A stretch of DNA of 64,000 nt. Source: Emiliania huxleyi CCMP1516 (Eukaryota). The position numbers and the translations under genes were made by a program. How positions within the stretch are numbered: the stretch's first letter is position 1; each line of letters begins with the position of its first letter. Of the stretch, positions 49,072 through 60,545 are shown piece after piece. The DNA lies in contig NW_005202428.1 of the NCBI RefSeq assembly GCF_000372725.1, positions 977,331 through 1,041,330 on the forward strand, in the 5' to 3' direction. The notes below the pieces were generated by a model. The model was not told where the DNA came from, ran no database searches, and saw only the letters and a program-made list of their open reading frames with translations.

Positions 49072-49225
49072 TACGCCAGAGTCCCGTGCCCAGTGTCGTG
49101 CGCAATGCACCGTTGGAGCACTTGGAGCACTTGGAGCGCTCCGAAATTCTTTTTCCGTGGGCACTACCCCGGTGCGGCGCAAGCGAGCGAGCCGGCCCTC
49201 TCGTCTTTTCGCTCTTTGTGTTATA

Positions 49226-50446
49226 ATGCGACGCCTGCTCAGCTACGTTGCGCCGCAGCTACCCACCATCCTCGCTGGCAGCCTTCTCCTCCTCTTCGCC
49301 ACGCTGGCCGAGCTTGGTGTGCCCTCCGTCGCTGGCGCTCTGCTGGATATCTACACGAACGCTGCTGGCGATGAGGTTGGCTCCAGAGTCGACCGCGCGC
49401 TGCTGCGGCTCATGGGTCTGATCGCGGGGATGTCGGCGTGCAAACACGCGGGCGAGTACCTGCTCAAGAGCGCCGGCGAGCGAGCGGTGGTCGAGGTGCG
49501 GTCGCGCCTCTTCCTCTGCCAGCTGACCTGCAGCGTGCAGAGCCTCGAGGAGCAGCCGACCGGTCACCTCCTCTCCTCGCTGACGGCGGGGTCGGACGCG
49601 GTGCGGCTGTGCGTCACGCACCACCTACCGCAGGTCGCTCGCAGCGTCGCCTCGTGCCTGGTCGCCTCGGTCTACATGGCCTCCATCTCTCCGCGGCAGA
49701 CTCTCCCTCGCCAGGACATGGCGTCCTCCTCCGCAGGACGCGTCGGAGACGGTCCGGAGGCGGCGCGTGTAGGCTGACCCTCCTCGCCTTCGGCATCGCG
49801 CCGCTGCTCGGGCTCCTCGCGGCGGCGGTTGGCACGCGGGCGTGTGTGCCCCGCCTTCAGCCCTGCCACACCACCACCACTGCACTCGAGGCGCTCGCTC
49901 CTGCCGCACCAGGTGCGCGCGCTTGCTCAGGAGCAGCAGCGCCAGGCGAGCGCGGCGACGTCGGTGGCGGCCGAGGCGCTCTCTGCTGCTCGCTGCATCA
50001 AGGCGCTCGGCGGCGAGACTGCTTAGACAGCGCAGCCCCGCCCAGTCTTTGGTAATCTCGGGTCATCTCGGGTCATCTCGGGTCATCTCGGGTCATCTCG
50101 GGTCATCTCGGGTCGCCTGCTCAAGGCGTTCGGTGGTGAGGCTGCGGTCGGCGCAAAGTACGCCGCGGAGGCGGAGGAGCGTACCGCTCTCGATGACCCG
50201 AGATGTGCCCGAGGTGGGCCCGAGGTGACCCGAGGCTGGCGCAAGAGTGCAGGCGTACTACACGCTCTCGATGCGCGAGATGGCGTTGCACAAGCTATGG
50301 AACGGAGGCAGCCGAGGGAGGACCCTACTCGTATGAGAGTTAGCTGGTTCGAGATTGCGCTGCACTACCTTGGACGCAACCTCCTCCTTCCACCATCGCC
50401 ACCTCCGTCTCTGCCACCCACCGCCACCGCCACCGCCACCGCCACC

Positions 50447-50510
<64 letters not shown>

Positions 50511-50621
50511 TCGCCACCGCCACCGCCACCACCCGCCGCCGCCGCCGCCACCGCCACCGCCACCGCCACCGCCACCGCCACCACCCGCCACCGCCACACC
50601 CACCGCCGCCGCCACCACCGC

Positions 50622-50655
<34 letters not shown>

Positions 50656-53010
50656 GCCACCACCGCCGCCACCGCCGCCACCACCCCGCCACCGACTCCA
50701 CCAACTTCAACGCACCGACTCCACCGCCTCCTCGGCGGCGTCGGCACGCGTCGCTCGTGCTGTGAACAGCGTCTCTTCACGCCTCCAGCTGTGAACCAGG
50801 CAACCTCCTCCTCGGCGGCGTCGCCACGCTCGGCGTGGTGCGGGAAGCCGGCCGGCAGGCGGCCGAAAGATGAGATGCAGCCGACAGATGAGATGCAGCC
50901 GAGAGGCGAGATGCAGCCGAGAGGCGAGATGCAGCCGACAGATGAGATGCAGCGCAGAGACGAGATGCAGCCGAGAGACGAGATACAAAGCTGATCGAAG
51001 CTGATCTCGAGGCAGGTCCTCTCCGGCGCCCTCAGCGCGGGAAGCGTCTCCTCCTTCGCGGTGTACGGCGTCGCCACTGGCTACGCCGCCTCGGACGCAG
51101 CCCACGACACCGGGCGGCGGCTCGATCTCGGCGGCACCTCGGCAGCACCTCGGCTGCACCTCGGCTGCAGGCGGCCGGCGGGTGGGGTGCATCCTAGAAA
51201 AAGAAATACACGCGCCTAGAAAAGGAGCGCGTGTGCAGGCGGCCAACGGGTGGGCTCGCGCGGCGGCGAGTGCCGCGAGCGCCTCGCACGCGCTCTCGCT
51301 GCTGGACGAGGGCGAGGCGCGCCCGAGGTTTGCGCGAGGTCAGCCGAGATCTCCCCGAGGGTAGGCGCTGTCGCTGCTGGACGAGGGCGAGGCGCGCGCT
51401 GCGGCAGAGGCAGCGGCCGAGGCGGGGAGCAGCTGCGCCGCGCCGGAGGGCGCCGCTGCGTCGCACGTGGAGCTCGAGGTGGTTGGCTTCTGCTACCCGG
51501 CGGCGAAGCAGCTCGCGTCGTCGCGTCTTGCTGGAGCCGCCCCTGAGCCGTCTCGGAGACGTCCCGCAGGCGGCGAAGCAGCCAGCCCTCGACTCGCTCA
51601 CACTCTCGCTCGCGGCCGACAAGATGACGGCGCTGGTCGGGCCAAGCGGCGGAGGCAAGAGCAGCGCGCTGAGCTTGCTGCTGCGCTTCTACCAGCCAAC
51701 CGCCGGTTGCATCACCATCGGCGGCGTTCGCCTCGAGCGGCTTCCAAACCGGTTGGCTCTGCCCCACCCTTGAATGATCTGAGCCATCGCCGAGATACAG
51801 CCGAGATACACCCGAGCACGTGGCTCCGCCCGCCCTTGCTTCCACTGTAGTGCCACTGCAGTGCCACTGCAGTGCTGAGCGGAGACAATTGTGACTCAAT
51901 GTCTCCGCAGGTGGCTCCGCGAGCACGTGGGTGTCGTCGCGCAGGAGCTTACCCGAGACGTACCTCGCCCGAGATGGCCCGAGACGGCCCGAGATGACCC
52001 GAGGTTAGAGCTTGCGTTCGCGTCGTCGCGCAGGAGCCGACCCCACTCCCCTACCTGCCTCCCGCCGCGTCCTCCTCTCCCCTCCTCTCCACCCACCTCG
52101 CGCCGAGCCGGAGCCCGGCCCTCCCTCTGCTGCACCCCGCCACGACGGCATTCCTCCACCCGTGAGCCGACCCTCATGCACCAAGCTCACGCACTAGGAG
52201 CCACACTAGGAGCCAACCCTCTTCCGCGGCACCTTCCACGACAACATTGCCTTTGGCGCGCGGCGGGCGCCGCCCGAGGGCGAGTGGAGCGCCGAGCTAC
52301 TCGAGCGCGAGGCGCGGCGACTGGCCGCGCCGAGCAGAGGCGAGCCGGGGTGAGCCGAGATGACTCGAGATTAGGTGCGGCGCGCGGCGGTCGCCGCCAA
52401 CGCGCACGGCTTCATCTCAACGGCGGGCGGCTACGGTGCGGCAATCGGCGAGCGGGGCGGCGGCCTATCGGGCGGGCAGCGGCAGCGCATAGCGCTCGCG
52501 CGCGCGTACCTCCGCGCGCCCTCGGTGCTGCTGCTCGACGAGGCGAGTCTCGACTAATCACCCCCCCCCCCCCCCCGCGCGCCTCGAGTCAGAGTCGGAG
52601 ACTCTCCGAGATGGTCCGAGATCTACACCTCGCGCTCAGGCGACGGCGAGCCTCGACGCGGAGTCGGAGCGCGCGGTGCGCGACGCGCCCGCCAACCTGT
52701 TGTTGTGACCGACCCGAGAATACCCGAGGTTATCCGCGATCAGGTGCATGACGCGCTCGCCCTGCTCGCGCGCGGCCGCGCGGTGCTGACGGTGGCGCAC
52801 CGCCGTCCGACGGCGAGCTTCTCGGGATGCCTCGAAGCAGTTTGTAATGAGTAGTAGGTGGCGCACCGTCTCGCGACGGTGCGAGCGGCCGACGAGATCG
52901 TTGTGCTCGAGCGCGGCCGCGTCGTCGAGCGGGGGACACACGAGGCTCTGGTTGCGGCGGCCGGCCTCTATGCGCGCCTCAACGCGCTGCAGACGCACTC
53001 CGATTATTGA
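49226..53010 (+). CDS. ABCB-type half transporter (TMD + NBD), many introns
   Basis: TMD with [14 protein letters not shown]; Walker A GPSGGGKS; signature [14 protein letters not shown]; Walker B LLLDEA; VAHRL H-loop. Confidence 0.88.
50414..50690. repeat. (GCC/ACC)n intronic triplet/hexamer array
   Basis: Direct sequence. Confidence 0.9.
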
Positions 53011-53251
53011 GCGTTTTGTGGAAGTGTGTGTAGCGAGCTTTTTTGCGAGTTTTTGCGCGTTTCGTGAGTTCTCTGAGGTGTGAGAGCGGACCCCGGAGAT
53101 TCGTGTGTCGCTCTTTGTCGAAGAGCGACACACGAATGAGAGAAGACATCGAGGTTCTGTTTCTTTAACGTACACAGGTGTGACGCCGACAGTGGGCTCA
53201 CCCCGGCATCCCCGCGGCACCGCCTGCTACCGGAATCTCCGGGGGCCCCAA

Positions 53252-53932
53252 TCACCTTACTTTAGCTGGCACTTCCTCCCCTCCGAGGCCGACGGCACCC
53301 ACGTCGCGCGTCGCAAGCGATGGCCCGTTCTTCGCCCACAGCCACGTCAGTTTGGCCGCCATCGCAAAGCTACCAGGCTGCCCGTCGACCCACTCCCCCT
53401 CGAGCTTATCGCCAGAGCCGAGTGGCGGAAAGAGCATGACGCCAGGCCCATCACGCACAGGGCTGCCAAAACAGCGCTTCGTCTTGAGGCCTATGGAAAG
53501 GAGCAAGGGTATTCGAGGAGAAAAGGGAATGCGTGTGGTGATAGGGTGCATGTCGCCTCCGACATACTTGACTCCTCCAGCAAAGGTCAGTGTGCCGCCA
53601 AACGGGACGCCTACATTTGTGAGGTCAGGTGACATCCCCACACTCGGCGCTCAGGTGAGAGAATATGTGAGATTGCCTGGCGGCGCAAGCTTAGAGAGCA
53701 ACGATGTCAACAGGGTGCATGGGCCGGTGATTTCGATGGAGCCGAGGTCAACGCTGCCACGCGCAGCAGAATGTTCGCCGATGTCACGCGCAGCAGAATG
53801 TTCGCCGTCATTCGATGCGGGGATCGGATCGTAGAGCTGCGGCACCGGGCTGCCTGGGTGGTAGCCAGTCTCCGCGCGCTTCTGCTGTATGAACGCCCTG
53901 GGTGGCGGTCTGGACTTGGGCCGCTCCGCCAT
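53252..53932 (-). pseudogene. Interrupted ORF with degenerate MORN-like repeats
   Basis: GTLTFAGGVKYVG and RDGPGVMLF..GDKLEGEWVDG segments; in-frame stop at about 53651. Confidence 0.35.
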
Positions 53933-54860
53933 CGGGCCGTTTCCTCCTTGGCCACGGGTCGACGAGTTCGCAGGCTATCTGAGCGGTGTTTCGGTTTTTT
54001 TCGTCCTTTCTCAGAGTTGGTAAGCGCACAACCCCGGGCCCGAAATCGCACAGTTCATAGTACCGAATACGGTACTTGGTTTACCACATATCAAGGGAGT
54101 AGGTTTGTTGTTGGCAAAGCAAGCAAGCAAGACCGCTCACACAAGCAAGGCTCAACAACTATTGCTAAATCTCTCTCTCTCTCTCTCTCAAAGACTCTTG
54201 GTGTAATGTTTGTAACAAACAAACATAGTGCGAAAAAGAAAAGTAGCGCTAGCGTCCCTGAATGCGTCCTGGACGTCTAATCGGAACATCCGACCGCCTT
54301 GAAGTCCTTGAAGCGTTTCGCACCACGCTATGGACACCCAGCCGAGCAAGCGCCAGCTCCCCTACTCTGCACAGCAGCAGCCATCGCGCTCGTGCGAGGA
54401 GGCTTACCAGGTCCCGTCGGCAGTTGTCGGCACCGTTCCTCGGGCCCCGGTCATGGAGCGCCAGCACGTGGAGGACGTGTCATGCGCAAAAGCGGGATGC
54501 CTCCTCAGCACTTGTTTCCCATTCGTCGGCTGGGTGCACGGCATGCTGCTGCACGGCGTTCCTGCTAAGCCTTTAAACGTTGATGCTCGAAATGCGCCTC
54601 GTGTGAAGGAGTACAGCGCACCAAGATCTGGCCAACGGATGGTCGCGGAGCTGCTTGCACATGATGATCCCTCCTTGCGGACTGATCGATTTACGCGGTC
54701 TGTCTATGTGTACGCACGTGTTGGCCTCTGTTACACTGCGGCGTTCTCTGGAACTCTGCGGTCTCTCCCGGTCTGTGGTGTGTGGACTGCGCCCGGGAGG
54801 CTGGGGAGGCGGGACTTTAAACTCTCTAATTAACTTTCTCCGCATGAACCTCGGCATTAT

Positions 54861-57611
54861 CTACAGCAGCCCCAGCTCTCGCAGCATATCCAGATCGCGC
54901 TTTGGGGGAGGAGTACTCCCGACGCTGGCCCTGCGGCCTCCGACATTGGCAGCAACTTTGGCGTCCCGCACCAGGTCCCGCAAGCTCGAGACATCCGCGC
55001 CGTTAGCGCCGTCGCCAGATCGCGCGTCGCTGGTCCGACGGGCGGTCGTTGTCGAGCGCGGGCCGCTCCGTCGCCGGGGCGCCACCTCGTTCCCCGTCAC
55101 AGCGGCCGCCTCGGACTTCGCGTCAAACGGGGTGTAGCACTCGGCCGCAACTCCCTCCACGTCGAAACTGGCCCCGCGCGGTGGCGACGAGGTAACAACT
55201 ACCTCGCCAGCAGCAGCGGAGGCGGCAGCAGCGGAGCCGGCATCAATTAAATCGGCGCCGAGCGAAGTGCGAGTAGACTTCAGCCGCGGACCCACCCCCA
55301 ATAGCACATCGCTCAGCCGTCTGCGCGTCGGCGGCGCCTCGCCATCGAGCTGTCGTAGACGCTCTACCACCGCCTCCGCCTCCGCCTCCGCCTCCGCCTC
55401 CGCCTCCGCCGCAGTCTTCGCCGCCGCCGCCACCGCCGCAGTCTTCGCCGCCGCCGCCGCCACCCGCGCAGCAGCCGCCACCCGCGCAGCAGCCGCCACC
55501 CGCGCCGCCTCCGCCACCCGCGCCGTCTCCGCCTCCGCCTCCGCCTCCGCCTCCGCTTCCTCCTCCGCCTCCTCCTCCGCCTCTGTCTCCGTCCTTGCCG
55601 CTGCAGCCGCCACTCGCGCCGCAGCCGCCCTCGACGCAGCAGCCGCCATCCGTTGGCCCATAGCCACCCGCGCCGCCTCTGCCTCGGCCGCCTCTTCGGC
55701 CTCCTTCTTTGCCACCGCAGCCGCAGCGCGAGCTGCAGCTTGCTTCAACGCAGCAGCCGCCATCCGTTGGCCCATAGCCACCCGCGCCGCCTCTGCCTCT
55801 GCCGCCTCAGCCTCCTCCGCCGCCGCTCTTGCCGCCTCCTCCGCCGCCGCCTCCTCCGCCGCCACTCTCGCCGCCTCCACTGCCGCCGCCTTTTCAGCTG
55901 CCAAACGCTCGGCTTCCGCCTTGGCTGCCGCCGCTTCCGCCTTGGCGGCGGCAGCAGCCACCTCAGCCGCCTCGCGCTCCGCAACCGCGAGCGCCGCCTT
56001 CAGCTCCTTGGCGGCTTGCTCCGACTCGGCGAGGCGCGCCTCCGCTGCAGCCACATCGCGCTGTGCGTCGGCCAGGCTCCGGTCGGCGGCGTGCACTTTC
56101 TCGAGAAGCGGCGTCCCGGCTGCGATATCCTCTGGAGGCGCCATCCGGTAGGCGATGCCGCCCTGCGGCGCCGCCCTCGCCACCGCCGCACCCGCCGCCG
56201 CAACCTCCACCCTCGCCTCAAGGCTAGCCCGCGCCTCCTCTGCCACCTCCATCTCCGCTGCAGCTGCTGCCAACTCGGCTCTGGCCAGATCGGCCGCCGT
56301 CCGTGCAGCCTCCTCCGCCGCCACTGCTGTCGCAGCCCTGGCCGTGGCAGCCGCCTTGACAGCTGCCGCCTCCGCAACCGTCGCCTCGAGCTCGCTGCAA
56401 GCGCGGGCCGCCGCCTCCAGGTCCTCGCCGGCCGCCGCCTTGCGCTGGCTCGCGAGTTGAAACCACGTCTTCAGCCGGCTGGCGGCCTGCTGCGACTCTG
56501 CGAGACGCGCCTCCGCCTTGGCCACATCACCTTCGCCCTCGGCCATGCCGAGCCCCGCCCTCGCCGCCGCCTCTTCTGCCCTCGCCGCCTCCATGGCATC
56601 CGCCGCTCGCGCTGCATCTGCCGCCGCCACCTCCGCCTCCGCCTCCGCAACACTGCACGATGCCTGCTCCACTGCCGCCGCCCTCGCCACCGCCCTCGCC
56701 ACCGCCTCGGCCACCGTCCCGGTCCTAACCCGCTCCGCCTCCTCCGCCGCCGCCACCCTCGCCGCCTCGGCAACCGCCGCCTCTGCCGCCGCCGCCTCAC
56801 GCTCCCTGGTAGCTAGCGCCGCCCCGACCGCCGCCCGTCGCTCTATCGCAGTGCGAAGCGCCGCCTTCTGCTCCGCCTCGTGCTCCGCCGTGGCCGTCTC
56901 AAGCTCGCCGGCTCGCCGGCTCGCCTAATCTCGTGCGGTCTCGAGTGATCTCGGGCAATCTCGCCTCGAGCTCGGCACGAGCCGGGGCCCTCCTCGAGGC
57001 TGGCTTGAGCGAGTCGCTCCTCGGCTGCGGCGACATTGTCGTCCGCCTACTCGCGCTCCTCCAAGTCAGGGGCGATTCGAGCGGTGGCCGTTAAGGGAGC
57101 AACTGCTTCTGCCTGCAGCACAGCGTCGCGCAGCGACAGCCGCGCCAGCGACAGCCGCGCCACTGACGCCTCCTCCGCTGCCACCGCCTCTGTCTCCGTC
57201 CTTGCCGCTGCAGCCGCCTCGAGATCCTCCGAGGCGTTTGCGAGCTCCTGAACCAGTTGGGGGGCGAGCGGGCAGTCTCGGAGTGCGCGCACACGGAGGC
57301 AACGAATCTGATACTGATATTTTCCCCGGACACGATATGAGATGGGCATGAACTACGAGACCAACAGCCTCAGCAGCCCACCACACTCGCAGCGCCGCCG
57401 CGCGCGCCTTGGCCCGCGTTGCATCCTCCTCGGCGGCCATCTGCGCGTACGGACCCTCGTCGGTCTCGCGGAGTTTACAGATGGCCGCAAGCACGGCCTC
57501 GTGCAGCTGTGGTCGGACGGGCGCTGCCCGAACCATACGGCTGCGCACACACAGGGCGAGGCAGACGAGCAGGCAGGCACCGGCCAGCGCCGTGGAGACT
57601 GTGATCAGCAT
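54861..57611 (-). CDS. Ala/Glu-rich coiled-coil protein with N-terminal signal anchor, about 3 exons
   Basis: MLITVSTALAGACLLVCLALCV start; exons about 57611-57366, 57248-56991, 56925-54861; internal repeats. Confidence 0.6.
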
Positions 57612-57699
57612 TTTCGAGGAGCTGCAGGTTGGCTCGGCGTGCGGACGAGCCAGACGCTGAGCACAGCTGGAAAGACTGAACAGCTCTTTTCCTCGGGTA

Positions 57700-58812
57700 A
57701 ACACGGCGAGGGCGACAGCAAGAGTTGAACGGGAGGCGCCGGACTCAAAAGACACCGTCACATTCCTGAGACGAGCGAGGGCAGCCTCCTTAAAGGCAAT
57801 GGGGTCTAGATTCGGAGCGCTCGCCGAAGAGGAGTACGACAAAATAGCGCCCGTGATTGCATGCACGCTGCCCGCACTCACGGACCCCATACCCGAAAGA
57901 AAGAGAAGGGAGCTCGCGGGAGAGGTGACGAGTGAACTACAGGTAGTGGGGAAGGCAGCCTCGATCGCCATACTCACATGGATGAAAAAACCGCGCCATT
58001 CGCTCTCACCTGGCAACCCTGTCTGCACGTCTCGCGCGCGCGTGAACAGGGCTCCAGGCCCCAAATTACGTGTGAGTGTTAGAGTTGTTTGGTATTGCTA
58101 AAAATCTCTCTCATGGATGCGAAACAACGACAAGACCAAGGCACGGGCAGAGGAACGAGAGAAGAATATAGGGTGGATAAAGCGCCTGTTCACGGCATGG
58201 AGGGTGAGCCACACCGAACGTACCGAACGTAGAGCCGAGCGGAGGGAAACGGGGGAAGACGACTCCGAGGAGGACGAACCAGTGGAAATACCGTTGTCAG
58301 CCGTCACGATGCACCCGAAGGGGACCCCAGCGCCGGCTTCATCCGTGAAGGCACAAGTGTTCGAAGAGAGAGTGGACCTGAGCAATGATATGACTGGGTG
58401 GCAAATGATCGCAGTGGGCGTCAGAAGACTCGTCCTTGCGCGAGGAGAGCTCGATAGACTCGAGGGGCCAGGATATGCAGCTAGGAGGGCGGAGCTGCGC
58501 CGAAAGGCGAAAGAAGCCGCGAGAACAAGGGACCGGCAGGCGGCGGCGGCGTCGCAGAACGAGACAGAGGAGAGCGACGCGACAGAGGAAGAAGCGACAA
58601 GGGAGAGCACGACGAGAAGGGGGCGACCGCGAGGTGGCACGAAGGTCGCAGCGAGAATCGGAGAGAGACTGCGAAGAGAGATAGGAAGAGGCGGACGCCC
58701 AAGGGTGGGCGACGGCTAGTGCACCTCACCCCTCTCCTTAAAATCCCTGTGTGGTGGCGGCGTGCCGTCCCTCCCCATTCCTCCCTTGGGTTGGCCGTTT
58801 TCTTTCTTTTTT
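57700..58812 (+). mobile_element. Longest family A copy: C-terminal ORF (..GRPRVGDG*), 3' UTR stem-loop and T-rich tail, interrupted by family D
   Basis: Removing 57985-58119 joins ..AILTWM to RNNDKT.. in one frame. The 3' UTR is the same as in other A copies. 5' boundary approximate. Confidence 0.8.
57985..58111 (+). mobile_element. Family D 3' end with 8-bp TSD CATGGATG
   Basis: TSD at 57977-57984 / 58112-58119. Matches 651-734. Confidence 0.82.
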
Positions 58813-59240
58813 TAAGAGGGTCGAGAGAGTAGAACAAATCCCCAACCCTACTGTCCGAAGAGCCAAAAGCGCATGTCTTGAAGGTCCGACTGGAAGCCCT
58901 TCTAGCCACCTTACACTCCCCCGCAGTATCGCACCTCTTGTAGAGAAGCGACACTACGTTTCCGCAGCCGGGGATTCTCCGGGTACTCCCTCTCCTCTCA
59001 CATCCTTGAAGGTGAGACTAAACCCCCCCTTACCCACCACCCCTGTCAGGTGTGAACACAAAGGATTCGCTGTATCTATCTACTCAGCTGCTCCGCTTAC
59101 ACTTACCTGTGAAGTGTGAACAGCGGATTTTGACTCAGCGTTCTCCTCGACGAAGGGAGTCTATCGGTGTCGAAACACCGCTCTGACAGCGCTCACAGCT
59201 GCGCCTTGGACTGCTGCTCTGAGGACGAGAGATCAAACAA

Positions 59241-60408
59241 ATGAACCCCTGCTCCTCCTTCGCGCCGGGCTGCACATACTCCGCGTACACACCGCCCAGC
59301 AGCACGTGCGGCGGCCGCATCACATGGCTCATCAACAACGGCGGCGTCGAAGCGCGCGAGGCCTGCCGCAAAATCGGTGCGGAGGAGTACGTGAGCGAAT
59401 GTTCTGCGTGCTCTCCGGTGGATCTTTCGCCGCCGCCACCCGCGTCGCCGAAGCCCTCGCTGCCGCCTTCGCCGGCGCCGACTCTTCCGCCGCTGCCGCC
59501 GCCGCTGCCGCCGCCGCCACCGCTGCCGCCACCGCTGCCGCCGTTCCCGGAGCCGGTGCCTCCGGCGCCGCCTTGGCACGGCGGCCCTCCGCTGCCCGTA
59601 GCTCCGGCGCCATCAGCGCCGTCGACGGACAGCTGGCTCGCCACGGTCGACAAATTGTTGCGCGACAAGTTGCAGCGAAGCGCCGGCGTCCCCCTTCCGG
59701 ACCAGCTCGAGGCCGCAGCATCGCCACCCACCGCCGCCCACTCTCTCGCCTCCTCGCCTCCACGCGCCCTCACTCCCGCCACCCTTGCCTCCGCCTCCAA
59801 GCTCCTCCGTTGTGCCTCCACCTACGCCGCTCCTGCCTGAACCTCCTCCCACTGCACGTCACACACCTCCGACCCACCTTCTGGCCCACCGCCGCCGCCC
59901 TCTACCGCCCACCTTGCCCCCCCCGCCCCCTCCTCCCCCCCTCAGGTTGGTCCGGTAGTCGTCCTCGCCCCGCTCCTCGCCGCGGGGGCCGTCGCCCTCG
60001 CCGCCTGCCTGTGCCTCCTCCTAATCTGCTGCTGCCAGCATTGCCGCCGCAAGAGCGCGGCCCACATTGCCCCCTCGCCCGAGTTGCCCGGCCGCGGCGG
60101 CTACCGGCTGAGTGCGGCGGAGGAGTCGGACGCAGGTACCGGTCCGCTCCCGCACACGCCCCCCCTCCCACCCCTCTCTGCGCCCCCCTCTGCCACCAAC
60201 CCCGTCTCGGAACCGTCTCGGAACCGTCTCGGAACCTTCTCGGAACCTTCTCGGAACTTTCCCCGCAGGAGAGTCCGTCGTCATTCAGAGGCGCGTCTCC
60301 GGACGCAGGCTGCTCGGGGCTGACGGGGTAGCGCCAGCTCTCCGAAGACGCGGTGCTCGCACCGCCACTCTCTCCACTGGAATGAGTTTGGCCCCACCCG
60401 TTCCTTAG
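59241..60408 (+). CDS. Cys-module + Pro-rich single-pass membrane protein, spliced; 5' end uncertain
   Basis: TCGGRITWL..EAC..E..C..CSP module, poly-Pro, TM exon after the acceptor at 59945, last exon 60269-60408. Confidence 0.5.
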
Positions 60409-60545
60409 GCGACCTCCGACAACCCGGCGCACTTGCTGCACGATGGGACTCTCTCCAAGGCGGCGCTTTCTCGCTGCAGCGAGCGGGCTGTAGCCGCGGC
60501 GATCGCTGATCAGCCCCCACTCACCGGTGCCTGCACCGGTGCCAG

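Noticed and set aside
57066..58064. 332-aa minus-strand ORF
   Set aside because: Its first half is antisense to family A/D inserts. Only the part from 57611 looks like a real exon.
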